Positions 8,112-17,400 of a DNA stretch of 64,000 nucleotides are shown in pieces. The translations under genes were made by a program, and so were the position numbers. Source of the DNA: a virus (Duplodnaviria; Caudoviricetes); the IMG/VR virus record IMGVR_UViG_3300033066_001466, positions 1 through 64,000 of that record; one strand, written 5' to 3'. Every line of letters starts with the position of its first letter. The first letter of the stretch is position 1. A model generated the notes under the pieces. That model made no database searches. It was not told the DNA's origin and was given only the letters and a program-made list of their open reading frames with translations.

Positions 8112-11100
8112 ATGTCGGTTTATACTTTTGAAGAAGCGTTTGAAGCCAGTAAAGTTTACTTTAAAGATGATGCTTTAGCGGCTGACGTTTTTTTAAATAA
8201 GTATGCTCTTAGAGATGAGGATGGGAATATTCTGGAAAAAAACCCAGATGATATGCATAAAAGAATAGCTAAAGAGTTTGCCAGAGTTGAATCTAAGAAG
8301 TTTAAAGAACCAATGACTGAAGAATTTATTTATGACCTAATTAAAGGTTTTAAGTATATTGTTCCTCAAGGTTCTCCTATGTATGGGATTGGAAATACTT
8401 TTAGAGAGATTAGTCTTAGTAATTGTTTTGTTGTGGATTCTCCCAAAGACAATTATTCGTCTATTGTTGATACTGATAAACAAATTGCTAATATTAGTAA
8501 AAGACGAGGAGGAGTAGGGGTCAACCTTGATAATCTTAGACCTACAGGTTCAAAAGTCAATAATGCGGCTAGAACTTCGACAGGCATTGTTTCTTGGATG
8601 GAAAGATATTCAAATACAATTAGAGAAGTAGGTCAAAACGGTCGTCGTGGTGCCCTTATGGAAACAATTTCTATTAAGCATCCTGACTCAGTAAATTTAG
8701 ATGAAGGTTCAGTAGATTTTTGTTCAGTCAAAAGGGATAAAACCAAAGTAACTGGAGCTAATGTATCTATTAAAATTGATGATGACTTCATGAATAAAGT
8801 TGTCACAAAAGAAAAATATACACAACAATGGCCAGTAAATACAGAAAAACCAGTTCTAACTAAAGAGATTGATGCTGAAAAAGCTTGGAATAAGATTATT
8901 GATAATGCCCATAATTCGGCAGAACCTGGAATATTATTTTGGGATAATGTACTTAAATATGGCGTAGCTGACATATATGAAAAATATAGAAGTGAAGCCG
9001 TTAACCCTTGTCAGCCTTCTTGGGCCTCGATATTGACACAAAAAGGATTATCAACTATTGGGGAAATTAAGGTAGGAGATAAGATTTGGTCAGAGTCTGG
9101 ATGGACGACTGTTGTTAAAAAATGGTCAACTGGTAAAAAAAGAGTTTTTGCATATAGAACAACATTTGGTACATTTTATGGGACAGAAAACCATAGAGTT
9201 GTATCGGATGGAGAAAAGATTGAAGCAATAGATGCAGAAAGTATTGACTTACTAAGAGGGCCAGACCTACCTATCCAAAGTTTTAAGATTTTAGGTGATT
9301 CTCAATGTATTATGGATGGCCTAGTATTTGGGGATGGAAGCGTTCACAAAGCCTCTAATAATTTAGTTTACCTATGTGTTGGCGAAGACGATAATGATTA
9401 TTTTAATGATACACAACTAAAAGACTTAATTATAAAGAAAAGAGACGGATTAGCTAAATACGCTTGGGAAGTTAAAACAAACATACATCATTCGGAGCTA
9501 CCTAAAACATTTGATAGAAAAATTCCTTCACGATATATTGTTGGTACTCAACAAGAAGTTATTGGATTTTTAAGAGGTCTTTATTCTGCCAATGGAAGCA
9601 TTTGTGGTGGCAGAGTAACTTTAAAAGCATCATCATTCGATGTTATCAAACAAGTTCAATTAATGCTTTCCTCTATAGGAATATCATCATACTACACTAC
9701 TAATAAGCCTAGTGTTGTAGAGTTTGAAAATGGGGAGTACGAATGCAAACAAAGTTACGACTTAAATATAACTAGAGATATAAATAAATTTTCTTATCAT
9801 ATTGGATTCATACAAAAGTACAAAAACATTAAAGTTGAAGAAAGTCTTAACTCTAGAAAAAGACAAAAATATGAAAAAACTCCAAAGGATATTGTTTCAG
9901 TAGATGAAATTTCTTACGAAGAAGTGTTTGATATCACGGTAGATAATGAAAGTCACACTTATTGGACAGGTGGACTAAATGTATCTAATTGTGCTGAGCT
10001 TACTCTTTGTGCCCTTGATTCCTGTCGTCTTCTCTTACTTAATACATTTTCTTTTGTTCAGAATCCTTTCACTAAAGACGCTTATTTTGATTTTAAGGCT
10101 TTTTATCAGTATTCTCAGTATGCTCAACGATTGATGGACGATTTGGTTGACTTAGAGGCTGAATGCGTGGAAAGAATTCTAGCAAAAATTCGCAAACAGT
10201 ACAACGAAGGTGATATTGAGCTACGCGATGAAATTAAGATGTGGGAAAAGATTCTTGATTTAAATTGTAATGGTCGAAGGACTGGTACTGGAGTTACAGC
10301 TATTGGTGATTGCTTGGCTGCATTGGGTATTAAATATGGTTCAGAAGAATCAATCTCTATGGTTGAAGAAATTTATAAATGCTTAAAGCTTGGTTGTTAT
10401 CGCTCTAGTGTGGATATGGCTAGGGAATTAGGAACTTTTGATGCTTGGAATCCAGAATTAGAAAAAAACAATCCATTCATAGAGCAACTTAAAAATGATA
10501 GAATTCATCTATGGGATAGTTGTATGGTGGATGGAAGATTTATTTATGACGAAATGATGAAAGTTGGTAGACGAAATGTTGCTTTATTAACCACTGCTCC
10601 TACTGGCTCAGTTTCCATTCTTACTCAAACTACTGGTGGAATTGAACCTCTGTTTATGATTGGTTACAAACGACGAAAGAAAATTAATCCTAATGATGAT
10701 AATACCAGAGTCGATTTTGTGGACCAAAACGGCGATAGTTGGCAAGAGTTTATGGTTTACCACGAAAAAGTTAAGATGTGGATGGAGAAAACTGGCGAAA
10801 CCGACATATCTAAAAGCCCTTGGTTTGGGGCTTGTGCAAACGACATAGATTGGGTCAATAGAGTTAAATTTCAAGGAGCGGCTCAAAAACATGTGTGTCA
10901 TGGGATTAGTTCGACGATTAACCTGCCTAACGATGTTACAAAAGAAAAAGTATCAGAAATTTACATTCAGGCTTGGAAGAGTAAGTTAAAAGGAATTACA
11001 GTTTATAGAGATGGCTGTAGAACTGGAGTCTTGGTGGCTGATAAGAAGCCCGAAATTAGCTCACAGGATGCCATCAAACGACCTAAAGAGTTAGATTGTG

Positions 11101-11555
11101 ATATCTATTATTATAATGGAATGGGGGTTGTGGTGGGCCTTTTAGGAGGTTTACCATATGAAGTCTTCTTAATTAATGACTTTAAGCCCAAAAAACAACA
11201 AAAAACTGGCAAGATTTCCCGAATTAAACAAAAACATTACAAGCTAACAGATGGTGACGAAACCCTATTAGAGAATGCAGAGGAACACTGCTCTCAAGAG
11301 CAAGAGGCTATGGCCCGATTAGCCTCATTGTCTTTAAGACATAATGTGACTTTAGATTATATTGTTACTCAACTCAGCAAAGTAAAAGGTTCTATGTTTG
11401 ATAGTTGTAGGGCTATTTGTAAAGCTTTAAAGAATTATTTGAAAGATGGCTCCACTATAAAATCCGAGAGATGTGATTCATGTGGTGGAAAAAATGTAGT
11501 TCATCTTGAGGGGTGTTTGACCTGCTCTGATTGCGGTATTTCTAAATGTGGTTAA
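8112..11555 (+). CDS. nrdJ: class II (B12-dependent) ribonucleotide reductase, intein-containing
   Basis: PQGSPMYGIG, SLSNCFV, RRGGVG, GRRGALM, NP[intein]CAE, RRTGTG, TTAPTGSVS, STINLP, KGITVYRDGCR, C-terminal Zn ribbon CDSC..CLTCSDCGISKC. Confidence 0.9.
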   Translation: MSVYTFEEAFEASKVYFKDDALAADVFLNKYALRDEDGNILEKNPDDMHKRIAKEFARVESKKFKEPMTEEFIYDLIKGFKYIVPQGSPMYGIGNTFREISLSNCFVVDSPKDNYSSIVDTDKQIANISKRRGGVGVNLDNLRPTGSKVNNAARTSTGIVSWMERYSNTIREVGQNGRRGALMETISIKHPDSVNLDEGSVDFCSVKRDKTKVTGANVSIKIDDDFMNKVVTKEKYTQQWPVNTEKPVLTKEIDAEKAWNKIIDNAHNSAEPGILFWDNVLKYGVADIYEKYRSEAVNPCQPSWASILTQKGLSTIGEIKVGDKIWSESGWTTVVKKWSTGKKRVFAYRTTFGTFYGTENHRVVSDGEKIEAIDAESIDLLRGPDLPIQSFKILGDSQCIMDGLVFGDGSVHKASNNLVYLCVGEDDNDYFNDTQLKDLIIKKRDGLAKYAWEVKTNIHHSELPKTFDRKIPSRYIVGTQQEVIGFLRGLYSANGSICGGRVTLKASSFDVIKQVQLMLSSIGISSYYTTNKPSVVEFENGEYECKQSYDLNITRDINKFSYHIGFIQKYKNIKVEESLNSRKRQKYEKTPKDIVSVDEISYEEVFDITVDNESHTYWTGGLNVSNCAELTLCALDSCRLLLLNTFSFVQNPFTKDAYFDFKAFYQYSQYAQRLMDDLVDLEAECVERILAKIRKQYNEGDIELRDEIKMWEKILDLNCNGRRTGTGVTAIGDCLAALGIKYGSEESISMVEEIYKCLKLGCYRSSVDMARELGTFDAWNPELEKNNPFIEQLKNDRIHLWDSCMVDGRFIYDEMMKVGRRNVALLTTAPTGSVSILTQTTGGIEPLFMIGYKRRKKINPNDDNTRVDFVDQNGDSWQEFMVYHEKVKMWMEKTGETDISKSPWFGACANDIDWVNRVKFQGAAQKHVCHGISSTINLPNDVTKEKVSEIYIQAWKSKLKGITVYRDGCRTGVLVADKKPEISSQDAIKRPKELDCDIYYYNGMGVVVGLLGGLPYEVFLINDFKPKKQQKTGKISRIKQKHYKLTDGDETLLENAEEHCSQEQEAMARLASLSLRHNVTLDYIVTQLSKVKGSMFDSCRAICKALKNYLKDGSTIKSERCDSCGGKNVVHLEGCLTCSDCGISKCG
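9009..9989 (+). mobile_element. intein (327 aa) with LAGLIDADG homing endonuclease in NrdJ
   Basis: Starts C-QPSWAS after NP; block B GTENHR; LAGLIDADG blocks DGLVFGDG and FLRGLYSANG; block F VFDITVD; ends VSN followed by the extein Cys (CAE). Confidence 0.92.
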
Positions 11556-11590
11556 TTTTCCCTATTAACTTCTTTTGTGACATTCTCCAA

Positions 11591-11619
11591 TTGACAGCTT
11601 CGCGAGTTCATGGTAGGAT
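11591..11619 (+). promoter_or_regulatory. sigma70-type promoter
   Basis: TTGACA-N17-TAGGAT with extended -10 TG. Confidence 0.75.
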
Positions 11620-11634
11620 TATAGTAGGTGACAA

Positions 11635-12039
11635 ATGACTTATCAGTTCAGATGTAATAAATGTAAATTTGACCAAGATAAAGAGTACTCATTTAAAGAG
11701 TTTGACCAGTTGAAGTCAGGCGAATTAGTCGATACTTGCTCAAAATGTGGTAAAAAAACTGAACGATTAATGGGAGGCGTCAACACTTTCGTATGGTTTT
11801 CAGACCCACGTACTTTAGGCTCTCTAGCCGACAGAAACGCTAAATACCGTATACCTCAAGTAGAAGCCGAAGAAGAGAAAAAACGGGAAGAGAAAATTAA
11901 AGCTGGCAAAAAAGTTCCTCCAAAGGAAATTGTTGTTCCTTGGGACGCTCCTGAACGACCAAAAGTTGATATGAAGGAAAGAAAAGAGAAGAAAAAAGAA
12001 TTTATTGCCAAATATAAGAGACCAAAAAATGTCAAATGA
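11635..12039 (+). CDS. FmdB-like zinc-ribbon protein
   Basis: MTYQFRCNKC...CSKCGKKTERLMGG. Confidence 0.7.
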   Translation: MTYQFRCNKCKFDQDKEYSFKEFDQLKSGELVDTCSKCGKKTERLMGGVNTFVWFSDPRTLGSLADRNAKYRIPQVEAEEEKKREEKIKAGKKVPPKEIVVPWDAPERPKVDMKERKEKKKEFIAKYKRPKNVK

Positions 12040-12325
12040 GATTGCAACTATTAATCACCCCAATGCCCCGCATTATGTCTTAGTCACTATGGATGTACGT
12101 TCATGCGAACTTAAAAATACTGGCGAAATGGTTCCTGTTACTAAAAATAGACCATTTATTGTCAAAAAGAGGTTTAATAACCTAGAAGAAGCCAAAGTAT
12201 TTGAGGCCGAAGGTATCAAGATGATGCTTGAATTAGAGCAAGAGCTAAAAGATGCTAAGTTTGATGACATAAAAGAAAATATACAGTTAAATATCCCCGA
12301 AAACGGAGAAAATAATGCGACCTAA
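12029..12325 (+). CDS. hypothetical protein
   Basis: ORF; probable start ATG 12029. Confidence 0.65.
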   Translation: MSNEIATINHPNAPHYVLVTMDVRSCELKNTGEMVPVTKNRPFIVKKRFNNLEEAKVFEAEGIKMMLELEQELKDAKFDDIKENIQLNIPENGENNAT

Positions 12326-12716
12326 TCTAGATGAACTTGTGTTTAAAGCACCGCCCAAGAAAAAGGAAGGGTTTGCCCCAGAAAAATTAAGTAGAGTTAC
12401 GGTTGCGTATACTTTTGATGGGTTAGGTAACGAAAAGCCTGTTGACCCCGAAAGCTATGTCGCTTACGCTAAAGTAGATAAGATTAATGGTAGAGACCAT
12501 CATTATGTCAAAGTTGCAAAAATGGGCGTAATGGCTGGACGACTTCCTAACCCAAAAGACCCAGATGATAGATATACCACAGGCCAAAAGGTTGGCGGAA
12601 CACCCGTTTATGATTGGCACCGTGTTAAGGCAGAAATTTTTAAAGAATATTTAAACTTCCTCAAGACTGGAGACAAGAAATGGCTAAACGCAGCACAAAG
12701 TCACCTAAGAAGCTAA
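12315..12716 (+). CDS. hypothetical protein
   Basis: 133-aa ORF with GGAG RBS. Confidence 0.7.
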   Translation: MRPNLDELVFKAPPKKKEGFAPEKLSRVTVAYTFDGLGNEKPVDPESYVAYAKVDKINGRDHHYVKVAKMGVMAGRLPNPKDPDDRYTTGQKVGGTPVYDWHRVKAEIFKEYLNFLKTGDKKWLNAAQSHLRS

Positions 12717-13198
12717 CTAGGACTTGTAAGACCAAAGATACGCCACGGAATTTTAATGTGGCCGAAATTACATTTATTAAGGCTAATCCGAATATGACAG
12801 TAGAAGATTTGGCAGACGCTTTAAATGCTAGTGAAGGCGAAATTTACGCACTACGTGGCCAATATCCAGTAGTTCCTGCTCCTGAGCCAACAAACAAGAT
12901 GATTTTCATCAAAGATAATGCTGCGAATATGACGGTTAAACAAATGGCAGTCGCCCTTCATACGACCGAACAAGAGGTTGATGAGCTAATTAAAGGTTAT
13001 AACACTGCTAATCGAGCTATGATTCTTCAATCGTTTGTAGTTGGTAAGGACAAAAAACGTGGCACTGTTGTCGCTACAGAGGTAAGCAGCCAATTATCTG
13101 ACACAAAAAATAGCATGACTGGACCAGCTAGCGACGGATTCATTAAGCCGTTAAAAGAGGTGGATTTTATTTTTAAGACACGACCGGACGCAATCTAG
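12680..13198 (+). CDS. hypothetical protein with two HTH-like repeats
   Basis: NPNMTVEDLADALNASEGEI and AANMTVKQMAVALHTTEQEV. Confidence 0.55.
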   Translation: MAKRSTKSPKKLTRTCKTKDTPRNFNVAEITFIKANPNMTVEDLADALNASEGEIYALRGQYPVVPAPEPTNKMIFIKDNAANMTVKQMAVALHTTEQEVDELIKGYNTANRAMILQSFVVGKDKKRGTVVATEVSSQLSDTKNSMTGPASDGFIKPLKEVDFIFKTRPDAI

Positions 13199-13255
13199 TC
13201 TCAAGGCCGACGGGCCAAGTTTTGACACAAAAGAGAATATCAGTATAGGTGATAA

Positions 13256-13324
13256 ATGACTAATTATTATGCCCCTTTTCGACGAGTAGCCCTGATAGAT
13301 AACGAACAATATTGGATGATGTAA
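13256..13324 (+). CDS. possible 22-aa peptide
   Basis: MTNYYAPFRRVALIDNEQYWMM preceded by the ATAGGTGA RBS also used by the 11635 gene. Confidence 0.3.
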   Translation: MTNYYAPFRRVALIDNEQYWMM

Positions 13325-13348
13325 TTATTAAAAAATCAAGCAATTAAA

Positions 13349-13855
13349 ATGTTAAAAATTAAAGATTCAGCCTACTTTAGTCGCCTCTATCATCACCACC
13401 TTGAAGCCAACTGGAAAGCCGTTCTTAGTAACGGCGAAATTGTTTATCAGGCCGATTATTTAACTGGCGACTCATGGCAACAATTACAAGATTACTGCCA
13501 AGAAAATAATCTCCAGTTAGAACATTTTGTGCTTGAATATCATGATAACGTTCTAAACATTTTGCCCCCAAAAGCTGAGGGATACTTCTTCCGAAGGGGC
13601 ATTTTGTCCGAATTAATGTGTGAAGCTCTTGGCGATGGAAGTTCTACACCATTTCAGGGGAAACGCTCTAAAACTTTTATAATTGGATATTATGCCGGAG
13701 GATTATTGTATACCTACCAAGTTAAAGTGCCTGAATTAATCGTTATGTTTGGTGAAGAAGTAAGAGATAAAGACATGCAGATTAAGACTAAAGTGTGGGA
13801 TAATAGGGCTTTGTTTATTCAGAAGGGCGAACATCGTGAACAAGAAAGTTTATGA
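13349..13855 (+). CDS. hypothetical protein
   Basis: 168-aa ORF. Confidence 0.7.
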   Translation: MLKIKDSAYFSRLYHHHLEANWKAVLSNGEIVYQADYLTGDSWQQLQDYCQENNLQLEHFVLEYHDNVLNILPPKAEGYFFRRGILSELMCEALGDGSSTPFQGKRSKTFIIGYYAGGLLYTYQVKVPELIVMFGEEVRDKDMQIKTKVWDNRALFIQKGEHREQESL

Positions 13856-14219
13856 TAGCAAATACACTGATAAGAAGGTCACTGCCGCCCAATTCTTAGC
13901 AGAAATGATGATTGTAAGACTTGCCGCAAAAGAAAAAGTTAAGTTAGAAGAAAAATTCTGGAATAACCCCAAGTGGAGCAAGCAATTCAAATGGCAAATG
14001 ACATTAGCTAACAACCTATTAAAACTATATCCGGCTGGAAATATTATTCAGATTGTTTCAGGTAAAGACTTAGAGTGGGTTTTTTCATTAAACACTAAGG
14101 TTCTATTGAAGAAGATTGAAGCGATTGGCGTCTTGCAGACGTTAGAAGAAGAGCCTCCCAAAGTTGAGACCACTAGGAGAATTGATTGTAAAGGTCAGAC
14201 ATTATTTGATAAGATTTAG
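13836..14219 (+). CDS. hypothetical protein
   Basis: 127-aa ORF, GTG start. Confidence 0.65.
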   Translation: MNKKVYDSKYTDKKVTAAQFLAEMMIVRLAAKEKVKLEEKFWNNPKWSKQFKWQMTLANNLLKLYPAGNIIQIVSGKDLEWVFSLNTKVLLKKIEAIGVLQTLEEEPPKVETTRRIDCKGQTLFDKI

Positions 14220-14224
14220 AGAGA

Positions 14225-14235
14225 CGGAGTATATA
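14225..14235 (+). promoter_or_regulatory. CGGnGTATA motif copy
   Basis: CGGAGTATATA, 43 nt before the endonuclease ATG. Confidence 0.6.
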
Positions 14236-14267
14236 CATGGTAGACCAATAGTTTTTATGGATTAACC

Positions 14268-15104
14268 ATGTCAAAATTAAGTGACCAACAAAAAATTGAT
14301 TTAGTTCAAGAGTATACTACACAAATAGTTACTGCTACAGATTTAGCTAATAAATATGGAGTTTCTTTAACATCTATTTCTAGCATTTTGAAAAATAGAG
14401 GAATAAAAAGAAGAATTCCACGAAAATATCCATTTAATGAACAATATTTTGATGTTGTCGATAATGAAGATAAAGCATATATATTAGGATTTTTGTATGC
14501 GGATGGCTGTAATTATGAAAAAAGAGGCTCAATAATAGTAGCCTTACAAGAGACTGATGCTGAAATACTTAATCTTATAAAAGAAAAAATAGGTCTTAAA
14601 AAACCTCTTATGTTAAGAGATAGGTCTAAAGACAAAGACTCAAATAAAAGGAAAAATCAATTAGCTTTAGAGATTTGCAGTAGACATTTTTCTAATTCTT
14701 TAGTACAATTAGGTTGTTTTCAAGCTAAGTCCTTAGTATTGAATTTTCCAACCAAAGAACAAGTACCAAGTCATCTTATGAGTCATTTTATGAGAGGGTA
14801 TTTCGATGGTGATGCAAATTTTCTCAAATATGAACATAAAGATAGAAATTGTCAAAACTATAAAATAAGTTTCGGGTCCAGTAACATATTTTGTAAATCT
14901 TTTGCTGATTTTATAAAGGAAAATTTTAATATTCATACATCAATTTATCATCCAAAAGACAAACATGAATTATATGACACAGTTATGATAAGTGGAAGGA
15001 TTCAATGTAAAAAAGTTTTAGACTGGGTCTATAAAGACGCAACAATATACCTTAAAAGAAAATACGATAAATATCTAGAAATTTTCGGTGAACAAAATGG
15101 CTAA
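14268..15104 (+). CDS. free-standing LAGLIDADG homing endonuclease
   Basis: N-terminal HTH; YFDVVDNEDKAYILGFLYADG and FMRGYFDGD motifs. Confidence 0.85.
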   Translation: MSKLSDQQKIDLVQEYTTQIVTATDLANKYGVSLTSISSILKNRGIKRRIPRKYPFNEQYFDVVDNEDKAYILGFLYADGCNYEKRGSIIVALQETDAEILNLIKEKIGLKKPLMLRDRSKDKDSNKRKNQLALEICSRHFSNSLVQLGCFQAKSLVLNFPTKEQVPSHLMSHFMRGYFDGDANFLKYEHKDRNCQNYKISFGSSNIFCKSFADFIKENFNIHTSIYHPKDKHELYDTVMISGRIQCKKVLDWVYKDATIYLKRKYDKYLEIFGEQNG

Positions 15105-16149
15105 AAAAAACAAAGAAGACCTAGTTGAAATTCCTGAAGTCTCAAAAAATAATCTTAGTAGACTTCGTTCAATTCTTAAGACTAAGAAGTACGATAACGA
15201 TATTCTTGTAGGCGGAAGCTCTCTGATTGATGACCCCCCAGAGCTTATCAGTATTAGTCCACGCATTGATTTACTTCTTAATGGGGGGATAACCTCTTCA
15301 TCCTGGATAAATATCTTGGGTGCTGCGAAATTGGGTAAAAGTTCGATTTCTTTAAGAATGGCGGCACAAGCTCAAAAAAAAGGGTATTTTGTTTTATACG
15401 TAAATGCCGAGCACCGATTAAAGAAAATGAATCTAGAAGGAACTCATGGATTAATATATGATGACCCAGAAAAATTTATGATTCTTCAATCCTCTAGAGA
15501 TAAAGTCCTTACAGGGCAAGATTTTCTAATTATTATAGAAGATATTCTCAAAAACTTCGATAAAGTAATTTGCATTATTGATTCTATTTCTTCTTTATCT
15601 CATCCTAAACAGGTAGAAGAAGGCACAGGAACTTATACGAGAGGTGGAATGGGAGTTTTGGTCTCTCAATTTATCAATAACTGTGCTCCATTAGTATGCC
15701 AAAGAAAACATATTATGATAGTTATTCAGCAAATGTATAATAACACTGGGGGTTATGGAAAGACTAAGTTAGCTTCAGGTGGAACAAAAGTGACATATCA
15801 AGGCGATTGTATTTTAGAAGCGAAAAGTAAAACTGAGCTTAAAAGTGGAGAAAAGATTATTGGGCACAGTATAGAACTTTGCTGCGAATGTAGTAGTAAT
15901 GGAACAATTCCGTTTACAAAAACAGATGCGTATATGAGATATGGATATGGAATAGACCCAGAATTAGAACTTGTAGAGATGGGAAAGGAATTTGGAGTTA
16001 TTGAAGGAAGCGGATGGCTAAATTATAAAGACACAAAAATTCAAGGTTTAGCTAATTTTGCTGCCGAATTAAGGAAAAATAAAGAGCTTTACGAAAGTAT
16101 TCAGTCTGATGTTAATAAGGCTATCGAAAGCTTAAGAGATGAGGCTTAA
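15097..16149 (+). CDS. recA: RecA/UvsX-like recombinase
   Basis: SPRIDLLLNGG, Walker A GAAKLGKS, YVNAEHRL, Walker B IIDSIS, GG..VTY, YMRYGYGID. Confidence 0.85.
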   Translation: MAKKNKEDLVEIPEVSKNNLSRLRSILKTKKYDNDILVGGSSLIDDPPELISISPRIDLLLNGGITSSSWINILGAAKLGKSSISLRMAAQAQKKGYFVLYVNAEHRLKKMNLEGTHGLIYDDPEKFMILQSSRDKVLTGQDFLIIIEDILKNFDKVICIIDSISSLSHPKQVEEGTGTYTRGGMGVLVSQFINNCAPLVCQRKHIMIVIQQMYNNTGGYGKTKLASGGTKVTYQGDCILEAKSKTELKSGEKIIGHSIELCCECSSNGTIPFTKTDAYMRYGYGIDPELELVEMGKEFGVIEGSGWLNYKDTKIQGLANFAAELRKNKELYESIQSDVNKAIESLRDEA

Positions 16150-16557
16150 ATGAAATATAAAGGCACCGACCCGTCCGACAAAAGAGAATATCAATTAAAA
16201 TTAAAAAAGGTTAATAATAAGTTTAAGTCAGAACTTCATCAGAAAGCTTACCAGATTATTAAGGAATTCTATCCGCTTTATCCAGTTTATGAAGAAACTA
16301 AGTTATGTGGAACTAAAAATGACCTTTATATGGATATATTTATACCTAGTTTAGGACTAGCTGTAGAATGCCAAGGTCAACAACATTTTAAGTTCATTCC
16401 ATTTTTCCATCAAAACATTGCAGGAATGGCCCGCGAAAGAATGAGAGATAAAGAAAAACGTCTTTGGTGCGAAATCAATGATATTACTCTAATAGAGTTA
16501 GCCTATAATGAGACGGAGGAAGTATGGCGGAACAAACTAGCGTTGCAGACAAAATAG
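16150..16557 (+). CDS. PD-(D/E)XK (DUF559/Vsr-like) endonuclease
   Basis: MDIFIPSLGLAVECQGQQH...RDKEKRLWCEINDITLI. Confidence 0.7.
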   Translation: MKYKGTDPSDKREYQLKLKKVNNKFKSELHQKAYQIIKEFYPLYPVYEETKLCGTKNDLYMDIFIPSLGLAVECQGQQHFKFIPFFHQNIAGMARERMRDKEKRLWCEINDITLIELAYNETEEVWRNKLALQTK

Positions 16558-17018
16558 CTAAATTGGAGAAAAAGCTTGAAACTAGATTGGCCGAAAAAAA
16601 GTTATCTTTTAAAGCTGAAGATTCAGAAATAGATGAAATTTTTTCTTTGTGTGTTGAAGATTTGGGCAGATTGCCTCAACAAAAATTAGCTGAATATTCC
16701 TTCATTTTGTCACGATACAATGTTTACTTAGCTAAAGAGCTTAATAAGGAACGCTCTGCACGAAACTGGGCCAAACGTAGTCTTGACTATATTGTGCTTC
16801 CTGTTTTGTCCAATTATCGTATTAATGGCTCATATATGTCAAATGATGAAGTACGAATTATAGCAATTAAAGATAATGATGTAGCTATTAAATTCCATGC
16901 GTATTTTGCCGAAAAAGACCAAAATGTAGACTTGCTATCTGACCTATCTTATGATATAAGGAAGATGGCCGATTCGCTTACCGAAATTTCAAAATCTAAG
17001 AGGTATAACAATGGCTAA
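16524..17018 (+). CDS. helical hypothetical protein (possible UvsY-like mediator)
   Basis: Coiled-coil composition and position downstream of recA; function is inference only. Confidence 0.4.
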   Translation: MAEQTSVADKIAKLEKKLETRLAEKKLSFKAEDSEIDEIFSLCVEDLGRLPQQKLAEYSFILSRYNVYLAKELNKERSARNWAKRSLDYIVLPVLSNYRINGSYMSNDEVRIIAIKDNDVAIKFHAYFAEKDQNVDLLSDLSYDIRKMADSLTEISKSKRYNNG

Positions 17019-17400
17019 AAGAGGCCGACCCGCCAAAGTGGTAGAAAGTAATGAAGAAAAAGCTATTAAATTGATTACTGAGAATCCAGCAATTTTAGAA
17101 GCAGTTCTTAAGCTAACGCAGTCTAAAATAGCTCAACATCAAATTAATAAACGTGTCTATAAGCCCGATAAGCCCCAAGTTATGTTTGATGACCCCGCAA
17201 TTGGCAAAGCTGAGGGAGATTGGGATAAGAAAAGATATCCCAAGGGGAAATTTGTACCAAAAGAAAGATTTAAACCCGTAGAAAAGGTTTTGGTTCAATG
17301 TAATAAGTGCGGGAGAGCAGAATATGTCACGGGCGAAATATATGGGGACGAATTCAGTTACACATGCCTTAACTGCGCTCGACATAGGCAGTCAGATTGA
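17011..17400 (+). CDS. hypothetical protein with C-terminal zinc ribbon
   Basis: CNKCG...CLNC. Confidence 0.65.
   Translation: MAKRGRPAKVVESNEEKAIKLITENPAILEAVLKLTQSKIAQHQINKRVYKPDKPQVMFDDPAIGKAEGDWDKKRYPKGKFVPKERFKPVEKVLVQCNKCGRAEYVTGEIYGDEFSYTCLNCARHRQSD

Noticed and set aside
13222-13249. TTGACA-based sigma70 promoter
   Set aside because: Best -10 candidate is TATAGG at 16 bp and overlaps the RBS; too weak to call
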